A stretch of 63,594 nt of DNA, the filler included, from Collodictyon triciliatum (taxonomy: Eukaryota), in the NCBI GenBank assembly GCA_043381765.1. It is 7 parts of 7 records of this genome, joined end to end, with 100 filler letters (N's around TTAATTAATTAA, not from the genome) between each part and the next. Parts side by side here need not be neighbours in the genome. Positions count along the whole stretch, not along the records: positions 21,634 to 32,444 come from JBHJMP010002580.1; positions 32,545 to 43,255 come from JBHJMP010002581.1; 5 more parts are not named here. One strand, given 5' to 3'. The notes below the pieces were generated by a model. That model worked only from the letters and a program-made list of their open reading frames with translations, made no database searches and was not told the origin of the DNA. Both the position numbers and the translations under genes were made by a program. Within the stretch, counting starts at the first letter, position 1, and every line of letters starts with the position of its first letter. This document shows positions 25,077 through 37,951 of the stretch, piece after piece.

Positions 25077-26700
25077 TTAGGAATGAAGACTTCCATGGAG
25101 AAGGCAGTTGATTGTCTTAATTTTTTCCCCTCTTTCTTTCATCTCCTTCTCTGGCATAATCAATTCACCTTTAAATAAAAAAATTAATGTAAAAAGCGGA
25201 GAATTATGTACATCACAGAGAATAGATGAGATAAGACGCCGCTGTGAAGAGGCTAGCACTGGAAAGAAATCAGTGATAGTGAGTTGGTCAAGTGGGCGAC
25301 CAAACTGGTTGATTGGTTGCGTGGGTAGCAGGGGTTGGATATGCTGTGGGAGATATAGCACGACACATTCCCACATCTCTCTTCGCTTGCGGTCAGAGTA
25401 GCGAAGAATGTGGGTATGTTTCAGCAGGCTGTTCAGGAAGCTGTATTGCATGAGGCTTTCCAGCCTGGCTACATTGATTTCTCGTTCGGGTGAATCATTG
25501 GAGCGAGAGAATGCACGCACACTCCATAGGGACCACAGCATATGTCTCCTTGTGACTGTCCAGAGTATTCTAGAGTCGTGGGTCATTTGGTATTGTGCTC
25601 CAAACAGGATGTATGACGCGCTGAGGTGGTTGGGAGCATAATCAAGTTCAGAGGGCATCTTTTGAGTATATTCTGTCACTTTTTGAGCAAGAGAGCACTT
25701 CACAAATGTGTGTTCGATAGAGTCATCTCCACTATGGCACATGGTGCATTCTGGAGAGGTCGTTGCTGCATGGACTACACGCGCACCTATCCACAGCTCT
25801 CTGTTCGGGATATTGAGAAGCAGGGCGCGGTGTTTCGGGAGTAAATGAGATATGCGGGCTTACTTCCAGCTTTTGACNNNNNNNNNNGGGCTTGCTTCCA
25901 GCTTTTGACTATCGGCGCGTCTATAATGCCTATGGTTTCGGCCCAACGACTCATCTTCTCCGGTTTGTAGGGATTCGGGCTGATGATTTTATATCGAAAC
26001 AGCTTGAAGTACGCCATGGCCATATAGAATATTGGACAGTCAAGTATAATGGACCACCTTTGGTTCTTCAGGCGAGAGAAAGATGTAGACGGCGCTCTTT
26101 ATGAGATGGGACGACGTGAGCGCCATTCTCCTTTGTTGTTCAGGAAGGCTGTGGTTGGCTGTGCATCTTGTGTGCGGAATGCAGTGGAGCCTAGCGTTGT
26201 GATGTACGAGCCGTCTTCTTTGAATGAGAATTTTCTGATGGTGGCCGCGTTGCCTTCGTGAACCTGTTTGATGATACAGAAGCCTTTCTGGTTATCCCAG
26301 CACATTTTTCCTGCTGCCAATCGTTGGTTCAGGGGTATTGTCATTTCGCAGAGATCTTATAGGGGCAATTTTCATTAAACCGAATCCACTGCTGTTTAAT
26401 ATAGTCAAAGGTCACAATACCAAAAAATTTAAATTACGTTTAAATCAAGCAAGAAAACATTTTCAGCTCGCAATCCCTTCAATTTTGTTCAGATCATATG
26501 CAAGTTTTCAATTTCTTCCATAATAATGTGGAACTGGCTTAGCATGGATTATACTTTGTACATGAATTTTTGGCAGGTAAGGAGCATTTCTGTAGTCCAT
26601 GGTAAGATGCCTCCCCTCTAGAGTATATTGAGGTTGTTGAATCCATCCTCTTAGAAATCTTATTCTAAATTACCCAGCAATAGAATTTCTAAACGATCTA
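25077..26700 (-). mobile_element. Decayed non-LTR retrotransposon (L1/Tx1-like ORF2 C-terminal part with zf-RVT)
   Basis: Intronless, GC-richer segment; KSWKQARISHLLPKHRALLLNIPNRELWIG...CTMCHSGDDSIEHTFVKC...LWSLWSVR matches the CCHC zinc-knuckle region downstream of RT; in-frame stops; RT core not seen; 5' boundary uncertain. Confidence 0.78.
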
Positions 26701-27848
26701 TTGTGATATGAAACTATTCGATTATAAAGCTTAAAATGCTTTACTTAAATTGATATTTCTCGAGAGGTTGGGTGATTGAAAGTGATTTGGGGTGATCGAG
26801 TCCCCGGTCATTCACATCTTAACATTGGAGTTGATGCGCTGAATTTACATTAAGACATGCAAATAAATATTTTTCCTTGATGTTCTTCTTGCCTTACTTT
26901 AGAGTTAGAGGTGTCGATGCATTTATTATTCTTCACGTTGTGAGGGTTCGACAAATTAGTGGGGAAAATTATTCTTAACTTATCAAAATTACCTACAAAC
27001 GTTTGCAATGGACTCATTTTATTGGTAGTAGTCGATTTTTTTTGATAATCAATATTATGCACACGAGTACACAGATGTTGATTCGAAGTGACAGTTTTTC
27101 CCGCTAGATGTCTTGAAAATCTTCAAAAAAATCCGAAAGAGCATTAATTCTTGGAAAAAATTACAAATTGGCGCCAAATTTAAATTCGTGTAACGTTCGC
27201 GACAAGCGCCAAGCACTAAGTGCCACTAATTTAGCTAGAGAGATAAAAGACTGCCACTATATCACTATTTCTATAGCTATTTTACCAGTTCAGTTTCTTT
27301 AATTATACCCCCTTTGTCAGATTTATAGATGCATATATTTAAATTTTGTATTTTATAGGCTAATTTATTTATTATATTCGATTTATTTAATATAACTAGG
27401 GATGAAAATTCAACTGAGGCAGGGTATATAAAATAAAACCAAATCTGGTTTTTTGTGAGTAAATCTATTAAAAGTTTGGCATTAGCTATCAACATATAAA
27501 ATATCAGGGTGTATTTCTGATAAATAACACAAATTCTTGAATAAAAAATGAATCTAATATTATTATTTATATAAGCATTTATGTGGTATTTTACCTACAT
27601 ATTATGTCAGCATTGAAAAATGTGTTGAAATTATCGTCAAAATATTTAATTTCGTTGTCTTATCAATTTTAAAAAGAATTCATAAATTTATAATTTTAAT
27701 TAATGATTAGATATCATCATGAATACCAAATTGTGTCGTATACTTGATAAAAATATGAATACTTCAATGATATAGTAATGAAATTGAAAAATTTAGGGTT
27801 TTATTGAGCATTTTTAATCATTTAGATATCGAAGATTCTTTCAGAGAC

Positions 27849-30800
27849 ATGAATAAACAAAACATAGAGAACAGGACTCGAATTTCATTGGCCTCTGGAG
27901 ATTCTAATGCTCCAAAAATCTGCAAAAATAATACGTGGACGAAGGTAATTTTTTCATAGATTCTCGTACTTCTAGACTCTTATTCAATAAATCAAAAAAT
28001 AAAATCAATGAATGATAAAAACATAATAACTTCATAACAATTAACAATAAAATCGCTTATATTCATTACAGGATGAAGTTGAAGTAAATATTCGCCGAAC
28101 GATATCTCTGCGAAACTCTATTCTAACACTATCGTTCTTTTCTGTCGTTTCTGTGGCTCTAGTGAGCGTGGTGCCTTCTTACACTTTTGGATTTTCGGTA
28201 AGCAGAAATTTCAATCAAGCTGCTTCCTGGAATATTATATTTAATGCGTTTATGTGCATAATTAATGTCAAATTTTAATACGCAGGCTGTTGGTGACGTT
28301 TCTGACCAGCTTCAGTCCCAAGTAAAACATATGAATTTGCTTAAGAATCAGTCAGAACATATGACTGTATCATTACATTTTTTATTATGTAGACTGTGGA
28401 GCGTATACAACAGGAGATTTTGTCAATATTGGATAATCCTCATGAAGTTTTGAGAGTTTATGAGTTAACAATGTACCAAATGAACTTGTCCATTGTCGGT
28501 ATTCAATGTGATAACTATGCTGCAAGATATACCAGTTTTGGCATAATTGAGGTTCAGATTTATTATTTTCTATCTAGAAGCATTTCTCATAGAGTAATGA
28601 TTAACTTTAAATTTATCAGAAAACACAATCTTTCTCTCAAGCATTAATTGGATACCAAGACGGTGGAATAATAGGTATATTGGTTTTTAAAAAAACAGAA
28701 AGTACATGAAACTTCTTTATGTAGTATTAGATAAGTTATACAACGTGAAATTTTTGTACTAAAAGTGGAACAAAAAAGTTTGTGAACAAGATTACGGGAT
28801 ATTCTGGTTGGCTTGTAGTAGTTTTGAGACACAATATGAGACAAGAGGTTCTAAATTGACTAGAAAGTCGATAAATGTCCCATTTAAAGAGCTCCCTGTG
28901 ATATACAGGATACAAGGATACAATTCTACACAAAGAGCATGGTATTTTGAAGGAATAATCATCATTGTTACTATATATAAATTATTATTACATTTTAAAC
29001 CGACATTGGGACTTAATGGGTGCAATGTGTTAATTTTCTTAGGTACAAGGCTGCAGCTGCCAGAAAAAGCCCTACTTGGAGTCCAGTTTACTTATCCACT
29101 ACTTCTGGTTCTCCTGAATTAGCAGTGACTGCAGCTCGTCCTATAAATGATGAAAAAGGCATTTATATTTAATAAATATCAAAAATACTAAAAAAATTTC
29201 TACATCAGAGTCAAATAAAAGACTATTTTTATAATTAGGTGAACTAATTGGAGTAGCCGGAATAAAAATGACCCTAAATTTGATTCAGAAAATGCTCAAA
29301 AGAATAAGGACAAGCGAGAATGGCCATGCATACATCTTACAAAAAGTAGATTTTATTTCAATGAACAAAAAATTAGTACCTACTCTCCCCACGTGGCATA
29401 CTTTGAAAAAAGAATAGAAGAGAATTATATTTCTGAATCCATATCTTAAGCAGACACTACGTTGTAATGCATAAATATAGGATGGAAGTATAATTGCAAA
29501 TACACTGGGAGTTTCGATAGTAGGAACTGACGGAAAAATGATGAATTACAAGAAATCAAATAATAAGTTAATCATTAAGTCTGCTGATGTAAGTATTTAT
29601 GATATACTATATTAAATTAGGATAGATTTATGAAGTCTATAATTTCATTTATTCAACCACGTGTAACATTTGTGGCATTATAAACTATAAAGCGGGTAGT
29701 TTAGAATACAAAAATATATTAAAAATTATTTAATTATTCGCACCTACAGAGTCTGAAGAAGTCCAATGAAGGATATTTTGAAGCTATAAGAGGCACCAGT
29801 ACATTTTCCACTTACAAAGGAGAAAAAGAGTACCTAACATTTGCATCAACTTTGATTGACCCCAGAGGTGGAATCGAATGGGTATGGGTGCATACCAAAC
29901 CCAATAAATTACTTGAACACAAATTTGTATGATAAAAGTGACTGCAATAATTTATAAGTTAATCACATTCCCTGTAGACTGTCGTCATTCTAATTCCTCG
30001 CAGCGATATATTTTCCAAAGTCGACAGTATGATTGTTCTGTCTTCTTCTCTGACAGCAGCGCTATTCGTGCTGACTCTTGCGATTACCATGGTGGTGTCC
30101 ACATACATCAGCAGGTAATAATTTGCAAAAGTGAACATAAAAGTTCAATAAGAAAAATAAATTAAAAAAGAATATATTCAATTAATAACTGATTTAATTG
30201 ATACCCAGACCTCTGAAAGTTGTTGCAGACGCCATGCAAAACATCTCTAAGCTAAACTTCGACAAGAGAGACTCGGTCATAATAAACGCCCAAGCACTAT
30301 ACTATAAATTAACCCATAAAAAGCCTTTTTTTAATTTTATTCTTTTATTCTCTTTAACATGCAGTAACCATTTAGGGAGACTCCAGTTCCAGCTTGAGAG
30401 AGATACGGATGATTCAGTCCTCATTCCAGGTTTTCCACACAAAGTCAAATATATGAATTATAACACAATTTAATTTTTCGCTTACATTTTTAAAAGTTTC
30501 TGAAGCAAGAGCTTGCTTTTTTTTTATGCCCCAGGTAATGGATACAGCTTTGCAGTCCTTCGGAAAATTTGTACCTATGGCAGTGGTCAAGAGAATAGTT
30601 GCAGACTCCAACAACCAAGGCCAGCTTTTTCTGGACCGTAGGAACGTGACAGTAATGTTTACAGGTACTTTGTGGCAATCAAGCCAGAAAATTGCACTAT
30701 TGAGAACAGCTCCGAAGGGCTACACACGATGATTCTATGTTATGTATAGTGACTTTAATCAAAAAATCAAGATTGTGTCTATTATTCGAATATACTACTT

Positions 30801-32090
30801 TTTGAAGTGAGAATTTTATAGATATCGAAGGGTTTACTACGCTTTCGGAGTCTATATCGGCAGAGGCATTAGTTGAGATACTTTCAGAGTATCTGGAAGA
30901 AGTATCTGATATGATAATCGCGACAGGAGGAACAGTGGTAGATTTTATCGGAGATGCTGTTGTGGTGAGAATGTTTATACATGAACTAAAAAGAATCACA
31001 TTCTTTCATCACAGAACCGCACTTGTGAGATTGCATATGAACGGAAAAATTCAAATCATACCTTAACAATTACAAAATTCCTTAATACCAATAGTATTTT
31101 TTGTTGATCTTAATTTGATAACAACGATCATTTAAGGCGATTTGGAACGCACCAACTGACGTTCCTGACCATGCCTTGTGCGCCACCATCTGTGCTGTTC
31201 GATACATGGTGAGAAATACTTAGAAAATCATCAAAATAAGTCCTTTATATAATGATAGATTATATCTCATCACGCTAAGGATTACGAATTTAAATGATGA
31301 GACATAAATGATTACAAATGTACGTAGCGTGCGATGGGAGAGCTAAATAACAAGTGGTTTTCCAAGAGAATGATAAAGGAGCCTCTAAATGTCCGCATCG
31401 GTATCCACTCAGGGCCAGTCTATGCCGGAAACATAGGGTCGTCCAAACGCATGAAATACGACTCAATTGGTGACACCATGAACCTGGCATCCAGGTAGTG
31501 TCTTTCAACTCAATTTATTGATGCGTAAGCAACATAAAAAATATTCAGTAACAGGTTTTTTTCATTTTTTGTTTATAAATAAGTCAAATAAAAATTTTAT
31601 TTAACTGACCTGCATCAATAAATTAGACTCGAAGGACTGAACAAACGTTACAAAACAAATGTCATAATCAGCGAAGAGACCCGTGAATTTATACAACCTC
31701 GCATGATATCTCGGCCGTTGGAGTATGTAGTGGTCAAGGGAAAGTAAGATGCAGGCATTTTAGCAGGACTCATAATTGTGAATAGGCTTTTTAATCTCAA
31801 ATACTCAACAACACATTTATTCGTCCAGGACATCGCGCACGCAAATACATGAGCTCCTGGCTGATACTCAAGAAAGTGGAGAGCAGGAGGTCAGCAAAGC
31901 AAACTCCAAGCAGAGTGCTTCGATAGCATTCCAGCACTTTACACAAATGACAAGCTCCCAAAAGAACGATACTGTTGGAATCCTGAGCGATTATTGCGAC
32001 ACAAATCCCGATGACAAACCCATGAAGCTTCTCCTTGGAATTGTGAGCGCTCCAAACTACGATGGCGTCACCATATTGGATGAAAAATAA
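27849..32090 (+). CDS. Transmembrane Cache-HAMP class III nucleotide cyclase, multi-exon
   Basis: TM1 SILTLSFFSVVSVALVSVV; Cache motifs PTWSPVY, VTAARPI and GELIGVAG; TM2; HAMP ISRPLKVVADAMQNISKLNF..REI; catalytic VTVMFTDIEGFTTLSE, FIGDAV, RIGIHSG and IGDTMNLASRLEGLNK; TAA 32088-32090. Confidence 0.92.
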
Positions 32091-32544
32091 GAGAATCGAC
32101 TGCAAACGCACCAAAATTCATCACTATGATGTTGAATGGAAATCTTTTGGAAATTTCCAATACCACAATAAACCAAATGAGGGTTTAAAAGAGTCATATG
32201 TACATAGGCCGCTATTTGTTAGACTGTTTTTGTAAATACATTTTTCTAGTGAATAATGAAGATGAAAATCAGTCGAGTAAAGAAAATTGTCTTAATTTCA
32301 TTTTTTTCAGATATGAAAGGACCTAAAATAAAAATTACTTGTTTATTGCATCCTGCGGTTTGGCCTGTAGCCTGGGTCTTGTGCTTGCATGAGAGATACA
32401 AGGCGAGGTTTAATCTCCTTCTCAGCTTCTTTCCACATGTCTCTNNNNNNNNNNNNNNNNNNNNNNNNNNNNNNNNNNNNNNNNNNNNTTAATTAATTAA
32501 NNNNNNNNNNNNNNNNNNNNNNNNNNNNNNNNNNNNNNNNNNNN

Positions 32545-32637
32545 CTTTAAATGAAGGGTTTCTGGACTTCGTAACCAAGACAATAGTAAGTACCAAAAAA
32601 ACATAAAATAAAAAAAAAAAAAAAAACAAAAAAAAAA

Positions 32638-32711
<74 letters not shown>

Positions 32712-33958
32712 AAAAAAAAACATAAAAAAACATAAAAAAACATAAAAAAACATAAAAAACATAAAAAAACATAAAAAAACATAAAAAAACATAAAAAACA
32801 TAAAAAAACATAAAAAAACATAAAAAAACATAAAAACCATACTAATACTAATATTAATACTAATATTAATACTAATATTAATACTAATACTAATACCAAT
32901 AATACCAATAATACCACTCATCTTTACCGCATCTATCATCGGACCTATCTCGCTTAAACTCACATTTTATTTGTCTGATATAAAAAAATGTATAGAGGAT
33001 AATGTTCGCGAGTTGCGAGACGTTGGAGCAGTTAATGTGCTGATAGATATTGCAGCAACAACAGGAGATGAAAATGCTATAGATGCACTTGCTAATCTTT
33101 GCACTTGGATAGAATCGGATTCTACATATGAGACCAGCTTATTAAGCTACGGCTCTTTTGAGGGGATAATTCCACTCCTTCTGAAGACCACAAACCCATT
33201 AGAGCTGCGCAGCATACTTAAAATCATCGCTGCCATCACACATCAATGTAATTTTCGATTGTCAAAAAGAGCATCAAATACAATGTAACAACCAAATATA
33301 TAAAAGTTCATAGAAAGAGAAAGAAAGCACAATTTTTTTTTACCTGAGAATCTAAAATGAAAATGAATGTCCCTGGGAGGTATTTATTCCATTTACTAAA
33401 ATATATGATGCAGACGAGCACTTGAACGAAAAGACTAAGGCCGATATAAAGCAGCATATGGAGCTGATTCGCAACCTGGCGTCGAGCGAAGATGACGTTC
33501 TGGCTGGATATGCGGATGTCATCAACAACCGAGTATGTGGATACATCACTACCAGCGAATCTCTCGAGGCGATTGAGAATCTTGAGAACATGGAAGCCAA
33601 CGTCGATGCGGTTGTCAAACTAACTGCGTCTGGCCTACTCGGATTTCTTTGGGGAGCGTGCAGAGCATACTATTCCTCGTACCCTATTATCATGACGGGA
33701 ATGGGCTCGGCCATCGGCGGGTCGCTGATTGTTGTTCTTGACAACTTTGTCACCGGACGCGCGGCGCAAAAGGCACGATTCGTTGAATCACAGAGAGACA
33801 TCCTCTTTGCTCTCTTGGAAAAAAGTCTTTCTCAGTGTCTTATATACGGCACCTTTTTATCGCTCTTTCGGTATTCGCTAGTTCCTTCTATGATACCAAA
33901 GCGCGAGGGAATCGCTGTCACACTCAACACCGCATTCACAGCTGGGATAGAGCTTTAA
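32545..33958 (+). CDS. ARM-repeat-like protein with C-terminal hydrophobic helices, 5' partial
   Basis: ELRDVGAVNVLIDIA...AIDALANL and GIIPLL are ARM-like; hydrophobic SGLLGFLWGAC, GMGSAIGGSLIVV and CLIYGTFLSLF in the last exon. Confidence 0.55.
32596..32912 (+). repeat. Intronic poly-A, (AAAAAAACAT)n and (ACTAATATTAAT)n arrays
   Basis: Tandem arrays read directly. Confidence 0.88.
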
Positions 33959-34000
33959 AGGCACAATGTTGATAATTGATAATTGATAATCTATGCTTTA

Positions 34001-34150
34001 TGATGATTGATGATTGATGATTGATGATTGATGATTGATGATTGATGATTGATGATTGATGATTGATGATTGATGATTGATGATTGATGATTGATGATTG
34101 ATGATTGATGAATGATGATTGATGAATGATGATTGATGAATTATGATTGA
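34001..34150 (+). repeat. (GATGATT)n heptamer repeat
   Basis: Tandem array just after the stop at 33958. Confidence 0.92.
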
Positions 34151-34702
34151 TAACCTATGATTGATGATGGCTACCTTTACAGAATCTGGAAAGTGTGGCT
34201 GGGTTTGTGGCGGAGTTTTCCTGTCAGGCCACAACCGATGCGTGCAAATAATCGTCCAAATAATCGTGCCTTTGAGCAAAAGTAAAGATACCAACACAAG
34301 TAAAGAGCAGGCAGGTATTAAAGGATGTGGGTGATCGGAACGCTCCCTTGACCCTCTTTCTCTACCTGTTTGAAAGTGACGGGAGCATTAACTGTGTCAG
34401 AAAGAAGTGTTCGACAAAGCCTTCCCTCTTCCCTTTTTCTTTTTTTCTTTTTTTCATCTTCCCCTCCGCTCTTCGATCATACACCCGTCAAAGAAAAAAA
34501 AGGAGGAGAGAAACGTATGTCTGCAGACTTTGCCACAAAGGACCTGCTCGGGAAGAACAGAGCACCAAAAGAAATCTTATAAACAACGAGATGTGCAAAC
34601 CTTTCTCTGCTTTGTCTTTCTCTCACACTGCTATTTTATGGGCTAACAAGTGATCAATACTGCTCTCTCTCTCTCTCTCTTCAGAAACGAATCGAGACCT
34701 TT

Positions 34703-34768
34703 ATGTCGTCTCGAAATCCATCCCGTCGTCCAGTCGTGTCGACCATCGCCTCTCTAGTATCGATTCAT

Positions 34769-34855
<87 letters not shown>

Positions 34856-37571
34856 TTTGTACAGCTTCCATAGCTAAAAAAAAAAAATGCATAACAGAAC
34901 TCTACAGATGGAGGTGGCACTGGTGCTGTAACCGACCTTCAGCGTAATCTGAGCTTTTGGGTAGAGGCAAACTCTGTATACATCGCCCAATATGCAAACT
35001 TGAAAAGACTCCACGAAAATGCACGACATCAGCCAAGCTATGCTCGCGACTTAATCGACATCATCAGGAAGGCATGCCCGATGTTTGATGACCAACAAGT
35101 ATATATTCTTTTCCATATAGAAAGGTCTTCACTTTTACTTCATTTACTTTATTTAGTGGGGAGCCTTGAGGTTGTATTACAACGATCACTAAAGCCATGA
35201 TTTGGATCCATATGAATAGATACGAGAGCTCTCTGCATTCTATAATAGTAATCTGGGAAGCGATGTTGGGGTTGACCGCACGCAACAGCGTCTGAAAGTT
35301 TTAATTGGGCACTACGGTACTTTCTCCAAAGTCGCGCGCTCTTTGCGTGATTCAGCTTCCTCCCAAGAACCGCCGGTCTTGACTGATGGGCTCGCTCGTC
35401 GGGTGCTTTTGGATGCAAAGCGCATGCCAGAGGCCGATGCAGATCGAATCGCACCATTTCTGGTCTACTTATTCAATACCCGCATGTCTGCAGAGGATGC
35501 AACGCAGCAGCACCAGTATCTTCATATCAAACACTTTGGTACGTTGCCTGATGAAAATGAAAGCGTTCAACAGGATTCGGAAACAAACAGCTTCATCAAC
35601 ACCGATAGTTTAGGGTCCCAATTCCACAGCACCCATCACTCCCAAACACAGGCACATTCTCTCAATCAACAATATCTTCAATCGTTTACTCCAGTGGCAT
35701 CTTCTCTCCCAGTTCCTTCAAACACAGCTGCATTCAGTGGGAACTCAAGCTCTGTTCAATCCTCTGTGTCCTCATTCATACCATCCTCCTTTCTTCCATC
35801 ATTCCTATCCCCATCTTTTCTCCAAACACCAGCGAATTCGAATCATTTCCAACAGTCAGGATTGAACGGATCATATAATCCCACCCCAGGATCAAAAAGT
35901 ACACTCTCAACGGATGTCAGCAAATCACACACATCTATGCTTCATGTTCCGTCGAGTTCAAACATAACTTTGGCTGATGTACAGCAAACCACTGGAAGCA
36001 ATCTTGAAAATTCTGAAAATGAAATGTACTACAATATGCAGAGATCTGCATCGAAAGAGCATATAGCACAGCCCGTTATGTTTGACATCGAGCCGCATAC
36101 TATAGTTTGTGACTTCAATATGCCTTATTAAATTATATTAATCCGCATGCATAAATATACTTTTTTTATATTAATGATTAGTGAGTTAATCTCATTCTGC
36201 ATGCATAATATATGGAAACTTAAAGACCTTGGACACAAAATCAGAAGAGGTGCTGACAAAGTACGAAGAGATCAAGGAAAAAAAGGTACCACCATTCTCC
36301 TTTTTGCTTTCGTTGTAAATATTGTAATCATTTAAATATATTTTGGATGTATTGTGCGCAGTTCTATACTTTTTTTTAAAAGAAAAAGAAGAAATGATTC
36401 GATTGGTCATTAGGTGGAATTCAGAATCAAAGATTTGGAGACCACCCTTAGAAAACTTTTAGAAATGTGGAAGCGGTGCGCTTCAGGTAGGGCTAGTGCC
36501 GAGCAATTAAGCGTGAGAGAATTTTACTCAACTACCATCGAGTGGATGAAAGACATTGACAAAGAGTCTGGATTACATGCAGCCATCGTATCATCATCTG
36601 AAATAGCCCATGACGTTGGAATTTCTAAACAGAAGATGAAGCTTATTCAACAAGGGATAGAAAAAGAAAAAGAAACGAGAAAAATGGAAAAAAGGGCTGA
36701 ACGTGACAGACTCGAGGCACATTCGAAGCAACTCGAACGCGACCTGAGAGGACTTCGTACTGAACACGAACAACTGAAAGCTGAGAAAGATCGGCTTAAA
36801 ACAGAGCGTGATAATCTGAAAATGGAGCGAAATAAAGTCGTTATGGAACGCAATAAACTGCAGAGCGAGGTCGATTCACTGCGGACGGAGTGTGACCGGC
36901 TCAAGAAAGAAATAGAATCCACCGAAGAGTCCCTCAAGAGAAAACCAATAGAAACTCCGATTGTCACCAAAGAAGAGCACAAAAGTAGCATACCACCAAA
37001 CACAGAGTCAGACCCATTGGTATACATCAACCAATCATTGATGCTCCTGTCATCACAAGTTGACGCTTACCAGACAGAATTCACTCGGACTCTACAGGAA
37101 AACAAGACAGACAGACAGCATAACTTGGAGGATACCATCGGACCCGCGTTTCGTGCTCTTCAATCGCACGTACAATCGCTGCTGGGCCACATGCAAATGG
37201 CCTACATAGACATGCTGAGCCAAATAGGAGAAGATCGGCAAGCATGCATCGACGTTGTCAGACAAACATTCAATAACTGGTATCAAACGCTCAAACGACG
37301 AAGCGCACAAGTTCATCCCAATCACTCTGATACCAATCAATCGCTCTTTGAGTCGCACGCGATTCGAATATATGAGACACGTGATGCCATCGTGACCACC
37401 ATCATCGATCTGCCGTTCACCTCGATGACGCCTCGCAGAACCCTCATCCGCTCCATTGCTTCGCTGTTGCAAGAAAAAGCTCGTGCCTTGCGCCATGCAC
37501 AAACACCTGACCCGGTTCTACCCAAGTTGTGTGACTCTTGTGCAGAGCAAATAAATGGAATGGCTTCTTGA
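34703..37571 (+). CDS. Hypothetical protein with Ser/Gln-rich linker and coiled coil
   Basis: Phase-consistent exons MSSRNPSRR.../NSTDGGGTG...MFDDQQ/IRELSAFY...; last exon 36414-37571 has heptad-spaced LxxExxxLKxE repeats; start uncertain. Confidence 0.7.
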
Positions 37572-37951
37572 GTCGCTTTTTTCCCCTTTCCTTTCTTTCA
37601 ATATGTGCTGCACTCAGTTTCCCCCAAAAAATTGCGATGAGACCATTGTCTTTTTTTTTTCTTCCCCCTTTCATAGTTCCACTGCGATACTAATTCACCT
37701 GCTCTCTTTCTCATTTTTTTCTTTATAATTCTTTTAGCTTCACCTGAATGATTCAGTATTTCATAGCTTAATGGTGTACATAATCTAAAGATTGTTGTAG
37801 CACAATACTAGTATGCGACACTAATATTTTCTTTCAATTTGACTATGATTGTTACATTTTCCAATCACACCTTCAGTTACTCCATCACTTGGCAAAATAA
37901 CAATTGCCCAAAGTATTTTTTAAAAGAATGTTTTATTGATAGAGCCATCAC

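Noticed and set aside
26345-26700. Stop-codon reassignment (TAA/TAG read as Gln) suggested by in-frame stops
   Set aside because: Host genes end in TAA or TGA and their exons are stop-free in the standard code; 11 stops in about 120 codons is close to random for AT-rich DNA, so decay explains it.
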